Source of the DNA: a virus
Lineage: Duplodnaviria > Caudoviricetes
Direction: 5' to 3' (one strand)
Virus record (IMG/VR): IMGVR_UViG_3300020576_002141
Location: 11,384-75,383 of that record
DNA length: 64,000 nucleotides
Both the position numbers and the translations under genes were made by a program. Numbering within the stretch: the stretch's first letter is position 1; each line of letters starts with the position of its first letter. Below are positions 16,122 through 25,935 of the stretch, piece after piece. Under the pieces are notes generated by a model. That model saw nothing but the letters and a program-made list of their open reading frames with translations. It was not told the origin of the DNA and did not search any database.

Positions 16122-18447
16122 ATTTGTTGGCTATTCTTCCAAACATATCTCTTTCGTAACCAAAATCTGGAGTTGTTGAAAGGTGGGTTGGATAAGACAT
16201 ATTAGAAATATTAGTAGTTGTGGTAGGAGCATTTACTACTGTTGTAGATTCTTTATCTGTTGCTCTGTTAGCTGCTTCTAATAAAGTTGATGCTTCGTAT
16301 TTTCTATCTTGCATACCACTAGTAGGAAATATTTTAATAGGCTCTTGCCTTGTATTGATTGGTGCTGAAGAAGGAGGGTTGATCTTTACTGGAGTTGGAT
16401 TCAATGCTTTATCCAGTCTTTCTGGAATCCTGTCTTTTATGTTCTTGTTACCAAAATTTTGTAATTCCGAAACGAGATCCAATAATCCAGGGTTTCTCAT
16501 CATAATCAATGTTCTTTTGTTTACATCGTTTACAATACCAGAAACATCCGATCTTAACTTATTAACTTCGCCTATATCCACTCCAGCCTGCTTCCCGTTT
16601 TGATCCACAACAGTTTCAACCACGCCAACCGGAGTAGCTACCGATTTTATGCTATACTTACTAAAGAATTTTATATACTCAACCAAAGTATCTTTCATTG
16701 ATGTATATTCGTCCTCTTGTTTTTTCTTCAAAGAATCTTTAATAGTATCTTCGACAGCAGTCTTTATGTCTGGATGATCTTTCTCCATAACAGCCATTCT
16801 GGACTTACGATCATTGATTTCCAGCTGTGTTTTGTAGTATTCCTTTAGAGATTGATTATTGTTTAGAGTATCCTTTTCTATCTTAGACATTCTTGGATCA
16901 TTTTCTATGAGGCTGGCATAGGTTTCTTCGAAATTTTCTGGTGTCAAATTCTCAACGGAATGAAGTTTTTCTTCTAAACCAGATACTAAACTGGTGTTAG
17001 AATTTTTAAACTCTTGGTACTTCTTTGTTTTTTCTCCTATAGAAATACGTGAAGCTTCTTCTTCAGCTCTGAGGGTTGCGTAATCGGCCTTGGTCTTATC
17101 GCCTTCTGATCCAGTAGATGCTGCGGTTTTAGCGAAAGACTCTGCTATTGCAGCTACATTAGAAGCACTGTCCACCACTCTTTTCATTTCTTCGGATATA
17201 GTTTTGCTTTCTCTAATAATATCTCTTGTTACTATAACACCATCCGTTACTATGGATGCCATTGTTCCCAAACCAGGAATCAGAGAGAAAATACCAGATA
17301 GAACTTCTAATCCAGCTCCTGTATAATCTCCTTCGTTAGCCCGTTGCATGGCGAAAGCTGCACCTATACCAAGTCCCATGACAGGAATAGCTTTTCCTAC
17401 TGTCTTACCAGCTGCTTTGCCAGCAAATTTTCCTGCCTTAGCAGCACCCTTCAAAGTTCCTTCTGCCATTTCCTTCGAAATGCTTTTTATCCAAGATTTT
17501 GAAGTAACTTCGGCCGCTTCCTTTGCTGCTTCTTTAGCCACTACTTCCGTGGTTTCTGCGGTAACTTTCTTAGGAATCATACTCTCTATCATAGAATATG
17601 GTTTCTTTATTCCGCCTGGTTGAAGTAAGCTTGTGGCTAATTTAGCTCCCCTTAGTCCTTCGTCACTATAACCACTTGTATAATCGTTTATATGGTTGAA
17701 AGCTGACAAACCAAGAAACCCTGGTATCAAAATATCAAATATGCTACGTACTCCACTTTCTACCGCTTTTTCATTATTGGTTTTTCTTCCTCTGCGTCTA
17801 TCTGGTTTCCTTTCACTCAATAAGTCTTCCATTAGGGCTTTGTAGTCTTCTTTACCTTCTCTGTCTCTTAGAGGATTAGAAATAAGAGACTCAGACAGAA
17901 CCTTCATATATTGAGCTATTGCTTCGATATTATGATCGATTCTGGTTAGAGGAGCTATATCGGTTGCGGATGTAGTTAGACCAGAGCCGCTTAGATTAAC
18001 CACCACAGGAGCTTGCGTTTTTGTATTCTTCTGAACTGTTCTTATACCTCTGGTTGTATATCCTAGATTTACTATTTTTTCGTTTATATCCTTGATACCC
18101 AAATAGATTTCTCTAACCAGAGCCTTATCTGATTTTAGAGTTTCCTTAAGGTTCTTCGGTATCTTTTCTACGCTTTCTTGTACTAGTTTTTCGTATTTTT
18201 TATTCAGAGCTTTGAGATTTTTGTTCAAAGAAGATTGTAGCTTCTTCTCGTTCTTTAGATTATTTGTATACTTTTCATGGAACTTAGCTAAGAGTTTGCC
18301 GTGCTTAGAAGTAGTACTGAATATTTCTCCTATTTTAGGAGTCATTTTATCCAGAGTATTTTTCTGGGAATCTATTTTTTCAGAACTTTCAGATACGGTT
18401 TTATCTGTATCTGTTACCTTCTCCAACACTTTCTTTAGAATGTCCAT
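16120..18447 (-). CDS. Tape-measure-like / baseplate hub (gp29-like) protein
   Basis: 775-aa helical coiled-coil ORF with a Gly/Ala amphipathic core (GKAIPVMGLGIGAAFA...GLEVLSGIFSLIPGLGT), downstream of gp26/gp51. Confidence 0.65.
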   Translation of the reverse strand: MDILKKVLEKVTDTDKTVSESSEKIDSQKNTLDKMTPKIGEIFSTTSKHGKLLAKFHEKYTNNLKNEKKLQSSLNKNLKALNKKYEKLVQESVEKIPKNLKETLKSDKALVREIYLGIKDINEKIVNLGYTTRGIRTVQKNTKTQAPVVVNLSGSGLTTSATDIAPLTRIDHNIEAIAQYMKVLSESLISNPLRDREGKEDYKALMEDLLSERKPDRRRGRKTNNEKAVESGVRSIFDILIPGFLGLSAFNHINDYTSGYSDEGLRGAKLATSLLQPGGIKKPYSMIESMIPKKVTAETTEVVAKEAAKEAAEVTSKSWIKSISKEMAEGTLKGAAKAGKFAGKAAGKTVGKAIPVMGLGIGAAFAMQRANEGDYTGAGLEVLSGIFSLIPGLGTMASIVTDGVIVTRDIIRESKTISEEMKRVVDSASNVAAIAESFAKTAASTGSEGDKTKADYATLRAEEEASRISIGEKTKKYQEFKNSNTSLVSGLEEKLHSVENLTPENFEETYASLIENDPRMSKIEKDTLNNNQSLKEYYKTQLEINDRKSRMAVMEKDHPDIKTAVEDTIKDSLKKKQEDEYTSMKDTLVEYIKFFSKYSIKSVATPVGVVETVVDQNGKQAGVDIGEVNKLRSDVSGIVNDVNKRTLIMMRNPGLLDLVSELQNFGNKNIKDRIPERLDKALNPTPVKINPPSSAPINTRQEPIKIFPTSGMQDRKYEASTLLEAANRATDKESTTVVNAPTTTTNISNMSYPTHLSTTPDFGYERDMFGRIANK

Positions 18448-18450
18448 ATG

Positions 18451-18628
18451 TTATCCGTTGTTTTTGCTACGTTTTTCTTCTTCCATATGCTGTCGCAACA
18501 ACTCGATATATATTTCTCGTTCCCATGGCATCATATTTTCTAAATCTACTAACGTATATCCATGGAGCTGCATTAGCTGAAAATTAAGTTTGTAGTATAT
18601 CGATAGCGATTCGTGGCAACAGCTTATC
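18451..18628 (-). CDS. gp51: Baseplate hub assembly protein (T4-like gp51); no start upstream of the conserved N-terminus, probably reached by -1 frameshift
   Basis: Frame reads RISCCHESLSIYYKLNFQLMQLHGYTLVDLENMMPWEREIYIELLRQHMEEE*; first ATG only at 18573; absent from the ORF track. Confidence 0.8.
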
Positions 18629-19322
18629 CTAAAAAATCTGGCAAACCTTGTAGTGTAATAGTTGAGTTATAACCGCACACACATTTAATATCTACAGTAG
18701 TTTCTACTTTAGGCTGATTAGCAAAGAAGTCTAATATCTTCTCAAATTGACTAGAGTTCAAGTTCTCGATGAATTCCGCAAACTCTTGTACTGTGAAATC
18801 TTTCTTTGTATAAACCTGATTTTCATCATACATCTTTTCTATACAACTATAAAGAAGCTCATATTCAGATGGTAGCGTAGAGCTAGAAGTTTGAATTTTT
18901 ATTTCTTCTTCTAGAGTTGGGTATTTGAAGATTATTCCAACATTTTTAGCTAGTTCTATCTTATTTGATTGCTTTGGTTTACTTACCTCGATTGTATTTA
19001 AATCTATTCTTAACTTAATTGGTTTCTTACAAGACGGGCATTCGGTAGTCGGCTCACATATTTCCCCGACTGATTTGCTTCTTATTTTCAAGAAAATATA
19101 CTCAATATCAAATTGAGGCAGTGTACTTACATCCACTGTATTATATGTACAGTTTTCTATTATTTGCTTTACAGCGGATGTCATATCTTTCAAGTCTTCT
19201 GATATTACAGCCATCAGCAAAATCTTCTGTTCCTTGACCAAGTAAGGTCTGTACTTTATTTTCTTTCCATTCGATGGCAAAATCAACTCATAATATGGTA
19301 CATTTAGCACTGGTAAACTCAT
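18624..19322 (-). CDS. gp26: Baseplate hub subunit / tail assembly chaperone (T4-like gp26)
   Basis: MSLPVLNVPYYELILPSNGKKIKYRPYLVKEQKILLMA...FDIEYIFLKIRSKSVGE...CPSC...GLPDF. Confidence 0.88.
   Translation of the reverse strand: MSLPVLNVPYYELILPSNGKKIKYRPYLVKEQKILLMAVISEDLKDMTSAVKQIIENCTYNTVDVSTLPQFDIEYIFLKIRSKSVGEICEPTTECPSCKKPIKLRIDLNTIEVSKPKQSNKIELAKNVGIIFKYPTLEEEIKIQTSSSTLPSEYELLYSCIEKMYDENQVYTKKDFTVQEFAEFIENLNSSQFEKILDFFANQPKVETTVDIKCVCGYNSTITLQGLPDFLG
18630..18636 (-). promoter_or_regulatory. Candidate -1 ribosomal slippery site T_TTT_TTA
   Basis: ...CCA GAT TTT TTA GGA TAA at the gp26 end; a -1 slip enters the gp51 frame. Confidence 0.65.
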
Positions 19323-19331
19323 AGTAACTCC

Positions 19332-20492
19332 TTATAAACCAAATCCTTCTCTAAAGCCAAATCCACGTGTATTTATCGTGGTTTCTGGATTTCCAATATT
19401 TGATAGAGGTTGCAACAGACGAGAACGAAGATTCTGATAAGAATAGTCTGGACTTCTTCTGAAGACATCGATTATCTGACCTGCTTGAGCCGCAGACTCT
19501 ACATTTTCTATACCAAATTCACTACCCAAGATTTCTACTCCCTTATCAACAACTAACTGTTTCAATTCCTTGGGGTTGGAATATCTTATAATATCTCTAG
19601 CTACTCTCCTGAATTTAGTCCATGGAGAATCTACTTCCTCTACTGGACCAACTCTATCTTCAGTCAAGTCTCTCTTACGTTCGTTCAAGACATTTCCTCT
19701 ATCAGCATACGGTGTTTCAAAACTATCTACGAGCAAACTATCTGGATCTTGCGTTAGAATAGACCTAGACATTTCTGACATATCATTTTGTTCTTTTACT
19801 GTATGGAACTGTTCAATAGGATCTACCCACTTTCTAAACGCCATGGTCACTTTCATTTCTAGAATACCAGAATTATTTGATGCCAACGGTATTTCTGTTA
19901 TTTCTGTCGGGTAGCATTCCAAGCACTTGATGAAGTATATACCAGATGTGTCAGGTGTTTGATCATCAAATGGTTTCGGATTAATCGATGTGCTACTGCT
20001 GTCATATCCTACTGCTAACGGGTTTCCTAGCTGAGTGAACGAATTGACATAATCAGGAAGAACCATGATAGTTATAGTAAACGGTTTAGCGTAGGAGTCA
20101 TATAACTTTGGGCTGTGGGTTCTAGGATTCATTACTCCATCTTGCCAATTCTTGAAATACATACGTTCAAACATATCGGTGCTACAGAGGAAATTTAGTG
20201 AAAGTGTTTGCGAATATGTTTCAAAATTTGGCATCTTGGTGCCTAAGTTATAATACTTTACGTCTTCTGTAGATATCAGTCTTCCTGGTAGATTAACTCC
20301 AGTACATGTCAAAGCCAATCTCTGTAAAGTTATTATATTTACAAAGTTAATTGGATTTAACGGAGAACCACTATTCAGTCTTTTTTCTGTTCCGGGGCCA
20401 TTTATAAAAACTATGAACCTATTGGATTTTTGAAAGCCATATTGTCCGGCGTGAGTTATAAGATCAGTAATAAATGATGGTTTATTAGCCAT
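19332..20492 (-). CDS. gp54: Baseplate tail-tube initiator (gp54-like, tube fold) with C-terminal extension
   Basis: KSNRFIVFI...LTCTGVNLPGR...F.CSTDMFERMYFKNWQD...VTMAFRKW. Confidence 0.75.
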   Translation of the reverse strand: MANKPSFITDLITHAGQYGFQKSNRFIVFINGPGTEKRLNSGSPLNPINFVNIITLQRLALTCTGVNLPGRLISTEDVKYYNLGTKMPNFETYSQTLSLNFLCSTDMFERMYFKNWQDGVMNPRTHSPKLYDSYAKPFTITIMVLPDYVNSFTQLGNPLAVGYDSSSTSINPKPFDDQTPDTSGIYFIKCLECYPTEITEIPLASNNSGILEMKVTMAFRKWVDPIEQFHTVKEQNDMSEMSRSILTQDPDSLLVDSFETPYADRGNVLNERKRDLTEDRVGPVEEVDSPWTKFRRVARDIIRYSNPKELKQLVVDKGVEILGSEFGIENVESAAQAGQIIDVFRRSPDYSYQNLRSRLLQPLSNIGNPETTINTRGFGFREGFGL

Positions 20493-21084
20493 TACGTTCC
20501 TTTATTTTATCAACCGATTCTTTCCAAACTGTATTCTTTGAGAAATGCTTAGACTTGCGTCTGAATCCTTCTAGCGGCAGAAACGTGGTATGAATCCACT
20601 CGTCAGCCGGTATCAGTCCTATAGTCTCAACATTAGAGTACAGATATTTCTTTATACAAACTCTGGCTCGCCTGCTTTCAGCAAATGACTTCATGGTCTT
20701 GTAAGAAAGCTTAAGTCTAGTACTTTCGTCCATTTTATCATTGTTTGATTGAATATGAAGCAAAGCTTTCATCAATACAGCTCTTTCGCTTGGAGGTAGA
20801 TAATGAAGGTTTATACCCAAAAATCCATCGGATTGTATGTTTAAGATAAATACCAAAGGAAATCTGTCAAAATATGGTAGCTTCTGTATAGTCTTTGGAG
20901 TGTAAGACAACAGGAACATCTTTCCAATACCAGGCGTAGACATCTTCTTTAGTCTAGATTTGGTGTTTCTGGCTTCCATCAATCTCTGAATATTCTTAGT
21001 AAACCAGCGAATAGAGCTATAGTTTCTTATAGCAGAGCCTACTTGAAGCATTTCGTTTGTTATTTTTTGATAGAGATTAATCAT
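20485..21084 (-). CDS. gp2: DNA end protector (T4 gp2-like)
   Basis: GKMFLLSYTPKTIQKLPYFDRFPLVF...GFLGINLHYLPP..R. Confidence 0.9.
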   Translation of the reverse strand: MINLYQKITNEMLQVGSAIRNYSSIRWFTKNIQRLMEARNTKSRLKKMSTPGIGKMFLLSYTPKTIQKLPYFDRFPLVFILNIQSDGFLGINLHYLPPSERAVLMKALLHIQSNNDKMDESTRLKLSYKTMKSFAESRRARVCIKKYLYSNVETIGLIPADEWIHTTFLPLEGFRRKSKHFSKNTVWKESVDKIKERNG

Positions 21085-21535
21085 TTTTGAATAAGTTCTT
21101 TTCTGTTATAATGACAAAATCCCATTTTTTTGTTTCACAGAGAGTCTTCGCTGCACCCCATTTGCTGCTATTCTTGACCCATAACTCCATCTCTTGAAGA
21201 TACTTTTTCTTCTTTCTTTCGTTGCTAGGTTTCTTGGGTGGTTGAGTCAGTTTGAATGGTTTTACTTCGATTAGTTTCTCAGAAACGACCCCACGCTTAT
21301 CTCGTACCTTTATCCAGAAGTCTATCCAATAGTTATGCTGCTTTCCATCCATGGGATTATAGTATGGAATAGAAAAGGGCTCTATAGCCCACTCCAGAAT
21401 GTTTGGGTTCATATCAAAGTACTTACATAGCTTTCGTTCCCAAAGGGATCTATAAACTACGTTTTCTTTGTCGCCGACGTACTTCTGGGGGTTTTTTAGA
21501 CTGTACTTGCCTTTGTATGACCTATCAAAGCTCAT
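21077..21535 (-). CDS. gp4: Head completion nuclease (T4 gp4-like)
   Basis: SYKGKYSLKNPQKYVGD...VYRSLWER...IPYYNPMDGKQHNYWIDF...EVKP...KWGAAK. Confidence 0.92.
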   Translation of the reverse strand: MSFDRSYKGKYSLKNPQKYVGDKENVVYRSLWERKLCKYFDMNPNILEWAIEPFSIPYYNPMDGKQHNYWIDFWIKVRDKRGVVSEKLIEVKPFKLTQPPKKPSNERKKKKYLQEMELWVKNSSKWGAAKTLCETKKWDFVIITEKNLFKND

Positions 21536-21540
21536 ATTAC

Positions 21541-21555
21541 TATTTAGTATAAATA
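21541..21555. promoter_or_regulatory. Divergent T4-type late promoters
   Basis: TATAAATA (+, 21548-21555) and CTAAATA (-, 21541-21547) between gp4 and gp48. Confidence 0.75.
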
Positions 21556-21583
21556 CTTACAATCCATATAAGGACAATAAAAC

Positions 21584-22834
21584 ATGCCAACAATTCCGGG
21601 CGCAGGGTTTAACGCAGACGGCAAGTACGTCAACCCGATTATGAATGGGGCAGATTATTATGACCCCACGTTGTCTAGGTTAGATGCTAATAACCAATTG
21701 CGTTCTGACTTTTATACGCATTTGACTTTTCCATCAGAATTGTCTACTCTTGACATAAAGTATTCTGAAATACGAGATTTTATGGAAATAGAAGTTCTCA
21801 AAATCATAGGACAGAAGTTTGAGCATTTTATGGACAATACGGGTAACGACAATTTCACTAAAACTCAGATTTTAGAGCAACTTAATGATTCTCAAGCACA
21901 AGCTTTAAACCTATCAGAATCCCAGGCTGCCGGGGGAGCTTTGGACTTCAATAACATAAAAAATACAATAGAAAAGACATCTAAACAAATTGGAGCAAAC
22001 CAGCTATTCACAGATAATACAAAGCTCAGAGATCAAACATTGGATAAAATAGCTAAGATTTGGTTGTATGAACCAGCTTCTATTCAATCTCAATACGGAA
22101 TAAAGTATTCTGATGAAGATTTGTCTGCTACTAAGAAAGCATTTGAGCTTATTCCATTAGCATCCGATGGAAAGATTCCAGGACAGATATTAAAGCAGGG
22201 TATAACCAATATCGTTGCTACAGCAGTAGAAGGCGCTGCTAAAGTAGGAAAAATAATCAATGCTGAAAAAGCCTTGGGTGGGCAAATAAATGTACGAGAT
22301 TATGTAAACTATAAGTCTAGATCTATCTCGACTCCCCTTATGGAATACCTATTCAACGGTATATCCAGAAGAAAGTTCTCGTTTGCGTGGAAGTTCTATC
22401 CAAAAAATCATCAAGATGTAATGAACGTATATCAGATTATACGAACTTTAAAGAAAAATGCTCACCCTAGCAGGTTGGGAGCTGGCTTTTATTTGAAATA
22501 CCCAAATATATTTAAGATTCGACATTTGTTCTACAATACCGAAGGGAAAATAGCAGAGAACGTTTATCTCAACAGAATAAAACCATGCGTATTGGAAAAT
22601 ATAACCGTAAACTATACTGACTCCAATGGATACGTAGTATTCGATAAAGAGTTTGATATGGACTTCTTTGAAACAGATAATAAGCAAAGTAAGCTCTATA
22701 AAAACGGCAAAGGCAAATCTCCAATAGGCATTCAGCTTCAACTCGAATTTGCTGAACTAGAACTTCTTCTATCCGAAGACTTTGAAGCAATCGAGCCATC
22801 CGAAACCAATCCGTACTTGGGTGGAGGATATTAA
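21584..22834 (+). CDS. gp48: Baseplate tail-tube cap (T4 gp48-like)
   Basis: PLMEYLFNGISRRKFSFAWKFYPKN...IIRTLKKNAHP...YPNIFKI...CVLENITVNY...LEFAELELL. Confidence 0.85.
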   Translation: MPTIPGAGFNADGKYVNPIMNGADYYDPTLSRLDANNQLRSDFYTHLTFPSELSTLDIKYSEIRDFMEIEVLKIIGQKFEHFMDNTGNDNFTKTQILEQLNDSQAQALNLSESQAAGGALDFNNIKNTIEKTSKQIGANQLFTDNTKLRDQTLDKIAKIWLYEPASIQSQYGIKYSDEDLSATKKAFELIPLASDGKIPGQILKQGITNIVATAVEGAAKVGKIINAEKALGGQINVRDYVNYKSRSISTPLMEYLFNGISRRKFSFAWKFYPKNHQDVMNVYQIIRTLKKNAHPSRLGAGFYLKYPNIFKIRHLFYNTEGKIAENVYLNRIKPCVLENITVNYTDSNGYVVFDKEFDMDFFETDNKQSKLYKNGKGKSPIGIQLQLEFAELELLLSEDFEAIEPSETNPYLGGGY

Positions 22835-23697
22835 TGTATTTTAAGAATATGCCTGTCATAAACTATGATATCGGAAATATAAAGAAAGTCTGTCGAAATA
22901 TAATGGTGTGCGCTAAGTTTAGCGACTTATTCAGAGGAGCTGATCAAGAACAACTTTTCGTAGAATACCTAGTTAAAGATGGCGAAACTCCAGAAGAGAT
23001 AGCTCATAGAGTCTATGGATCTGCTTCTTTACATTGGGTTCTGTTGTTATTCAACAATATAATAAATCCTTACTTCGAATGGCCTCTTTCTCAATCTGAT
23101 TTGGATGAGTTAATATACAAAAGTTATCCTGGATCTGCCATCTTTGTAGATATTTCTTCGACATTCAATAGAACAAATGGCGTAACTTTGCCTTCGAAAA
23201 AGTCTAACTTTGTTGTAGGCGAAGCTGTTGCTCACGAAGACGGAACGTGGGCGGCTATAATCAAACGCTGGGATCCTACATTAAGAAAATTAGAAATAGA
23301 TAGCATCGATGGAACATTTGACGCCAATATCTCTGATACATATACTGGTAAAATAATATCGGTGAACTCTGACGGTCATGAGTTTGAGGCTAACATGAAG
23401 CGCGTGGTATTCGACAATACATACGCGCTTCATCATTTTGAGGATTCAAACGGCGAATACATAGATCCGTATCAAGATTTTGCTGGAAGAACCAACAACA
23501 GAACAAGTCTTACCGATGATGCTTTATCTGGGGATTTCATATTAAAAAGATACATAGAGCAAGGCTACGATACGGATGTTGTAGTTAATCGTCTATACGA
23601 AGATAATCTAAACGATAGCAGAAGACAAATCAAGGTACTCAAAATAGAATACGTACAAAAAGTCATTGACACTTATATAAGTATATTCAATGGATAA
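22834..23697 (+). CDS. gp53: Baseplate wedge (T4 gp53-like, LysM-like fold)
   Basis: MYFKNMPVINY...YLVKDGETPEEIAHRVYGSASLHWVLLLFNNIINPYFEWP...E..LND..RQIKVLK. Confidence 0.9.
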   Translation: MYFKNMPVINYDIGNIKKVCRNIMVCAKFSDLFRGADQEQLFVEYLVKDGETPEEIAHRVYGSASLHWVLLLFNNIINPYFEWPLSQSDLDELIYKSYPGSAIFVDISSTFNRTNGVTLPSKKSNFVVGEAVAHEDGTWAAIIKRWDPTLRKLEIDSIDGTFDANISDTYTGKIISVNSDGHEFEANMKRVVFDNTYALHHFEDSNGEYIDPYQDFAGRTNNRTSLTDDALSGDFILKRYIEQGYDTDVVVNRLYEDNLNDSRRQIKVLKIEYVQKVIDTYISIFNG

Positions 23698-24943
23698 CGC
23701 AGTAACTAATGTTTCTTCCCCCGGTCAAGTTATTATAGATAAGGTTCAACTTATCTCGAATAACGGATTTATTATAGACTTGCGCCCATTTATGGTAGAT
23801 ATTACCATAACAGAAAGCATCAATGATATCTTTGTTTCCGGATTATTGAGTTTGACAGAATCGCTGAACTTGATAAGATTTGCTCCTATCATAGGCAACG
23901 AATATGTAAATATAGTTTTTTATACGCCTGGTAGACGAAAAATCGATTACACTTTTTATGTATCTAGAGTATCGAAGAGAATCTTAGAAAACAAAACAAC
24001 AACTTACTACCTAGAGCTTTCCTCTATTGGGGCTATAACATCCACTTATAAAGCCATTTCTACATCATTTTCTAATATGACTTATAGTGAGATGGCTCAA
24101 TCAATATACTCGGATTTCTTGAAACAAGAAAATACGAAGTTTTCGTATTATGACACAAAATATAAGAAAAATTATACGTGCGGTTATAAGCTACCGGCTG
24201 AAATATTAGCTGACCTTGCCTCGTTTGCTGCTGATACAGAAGGAAACAAAAATTACGTATTTTTTGAAACATTGAATAATGATTATATCTTTCGACCTCT
24301 TTTTGAAATCAACACCCCTTCTGTATTTCAATACTCTAACTTCTTTGCTGGATTAGCCGGCATCAACACATTGCTGGAATATACGAGAATACGAGAACTA
24401 GAAGTTTATGATACCGGTGATATCAAAAAGAATATTGCGGGTGGTGTGTTTGGATCTTGGTATTTGTCTGTGGACACCACGTACAAGGAAATAACCGAAG
24501 TCAATAAATCATATCATGATTTGTTTTCTGAAGTAGGTCACGTAAATCAATTTCCTATTTTTCCAAAAGCTAATCAGTTTATTTCGTCGGCTCCTGGTGA
24601 CATAGACGTTTTTCCAAAAGCATCTTATAATTATGACAATATCAAAGACAACGAGAATTATGGCGAAGTGATTTCTGGCAGAAACTTTCAGCTGGTTTCT
24701 AGTAACTCCTATTCTTTGGGTATAAACGTTCTAGGAGACTCCGATAGGCATCCTGGTGATAAGGTTACTGTCTTTATACAGTCTCCTCAGGCTACGGATA
24801 TAGATGACGAAAAGGATGATCCATATCTATCAGGATATTACACCATAAGCAAAATAAAACACCTAATAAGACCAGAACAATATCAAACAAATATCCTATT
24901 GATCAAAGATTCTAACTGGAAACCAGTAAAGGAAGAAAATTAA
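23690..24943 (+). CDS. Baseplate hub (gp27-like)
   Basis: ITESINDIFVSG.L...IIGNEY, YVFFET...FRPL, GD.D...G.....I...... D..D.YLSGYY.I.KI.H; located between gp53 and gp5. Confidence 0.7.
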   Translation: MDNAVTNVSSPGQVIIDKVQLISNNGFIIDLRPFMVDITITESINDIFVSGLLSLTESLNLIRFAPIIGNEYVNIVFYTPGRRKIDYTFYVSRVSKRILENKTTTYYLELSSIGAITSTYKAISTSFSNMTYSEMAQSIYSDFLKQENTKFSYYDTKYKKNYTCGYKLPAEILADLASFAADTEGNKNYVFFETLNNDYIFRPLFEINTPSVFQYSNFFAGLAGINTLLEYTRIRELEVYDTGDIKKNIAGGVFGSWYLSVDTTYKEITEVNKSYHDLFSEVGHVNQFPIFPKANQFISSAPGDIDVFPKASYNYDNIKDNENYGEVISGRNFQLVSSNSYSLGINVLGDSDRHPGDKVTVFIQSPQATDIDDEKDDPYLSGYYTISKIKHLIRPEQYQTNILLIKDSNWKPVKEEN

Positions 24944-25935
24944 TGTCTCCTGATTTTATATGGTGGCAGGGTATTGTAGAGGACGTAAACGACCCCCTAA
25001 AGATAGGAAGATGTCGAGTACGTATTATTGGATGTCATTCTTCAAATAAATCCGATGTTCCGACTTCATCATTGCCTTGGTCTCAACCAATACAGCCCAT
25101 AACAAGCGCAGCCATCAGTGGTATAGGACTATCCCCCACCGGTATTGTTCAGGGATCGTGGGTATTTGGATTTTTTCAGGATGGAGAAAGAAAACAAATA
25201 CCCATTATATTTGGTACGTTAGCTGGTATTCCGCAGAAAGAACCATTGCCTTCCAAAGGATTTAATGATCCTGATGGACTATTTCCTAGAGAAAGTTATG
25301 TCGGAGAGTCTGATGTCAATAGGTTGGCTAGAAACGAAAACATAGAAAACACGGTTGTATCTACAAAGAAACAAAACGAAGAAACTGATATCGTATCTGC
25401 TCTAGGTGAGGAATGGTGGAAAGAACCATCTACTCCATATAACGCAGAATATCCAAAGAACAAAGTATTAGAAACGGAAAGCGGGCACATCGAAGAGTTC
25501 GATGATACTCCCGGATTTGAAAGAATTCACCGATACCATAAGTCTGGAACTTTTGAGGAAATTCATCCCGATGGGTCTAAGGTAACGAAGGTTATAGGCT
25601 CTTCATATTCTATAGTAGCTGGTAATAACAAAGTACTAATAAAAACAAATAACAGCACAAATATAGAAAAAGATGGTAATATAAAAATAGGTGAAAATTG
25701 TAATGTCGAGATTGAAGGAAATGTTAACCTCTTTATCAAAGGAAACATTATTTTAGAATGCGACGGGGATGTTAATCAACAGATAGCAGGAACTTATACA
25801 GTAGTTTCGAATGGAAATATGACATTACTGGCACCAAGAATTGACTTGAATCCAAACGGCTTCTCATCAAGCGACGTAAATGATCCTATAAGCCCATCTA
25901 TACCACAATACGACTCTAACGGTAATCCTCAATAA
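24943..25935 (+). CDS. gp5: Baseplate central spike (gp5-like), no lysozyme domain
   Basis: FIWWQGIVEDVNDPLKIGRCRVRIIG.H (OB fold), YPKNKVLETESGHIEEFDDTPGFERIHRYHKSGT, beta-helix repeats. Confidence 0.93.
   Translation: MSPDFIWWQGIVEDVNDPLKIGRCRVRIIGCHSSNKSDVPTSSLPWSQPIQPITSAAISGIGLSPTGIVQGSWVFGFFQDGERKQIPIIFGTLAGIPQKEPLPSKGFNDPDGLFPRESYVGESDVNRLARNENIENTVVSTKKQNEETDIVSALGEEWWKEPSTPYNAEYPKNKVLETESGHIEEFDDTPGFERIHRYHKSGTFEEIHPDGSKVTKVIGSSYSIVAGNNKVLIKTNNSTNIEKDGNIKIGENCNVEIEGNVNLFIKGNIILECDGDVNQQIAGTYTVVSNGNMTLLAPRIDLNPNGFSSSDVNDPISPSIPQYDSNGNPQ

Noticed and set aside
24943-25935. gp5 lacking a lysozyme domain as a novelty
   Set aside because: Common among non-enteric T4-like phages; not unusual by itself.
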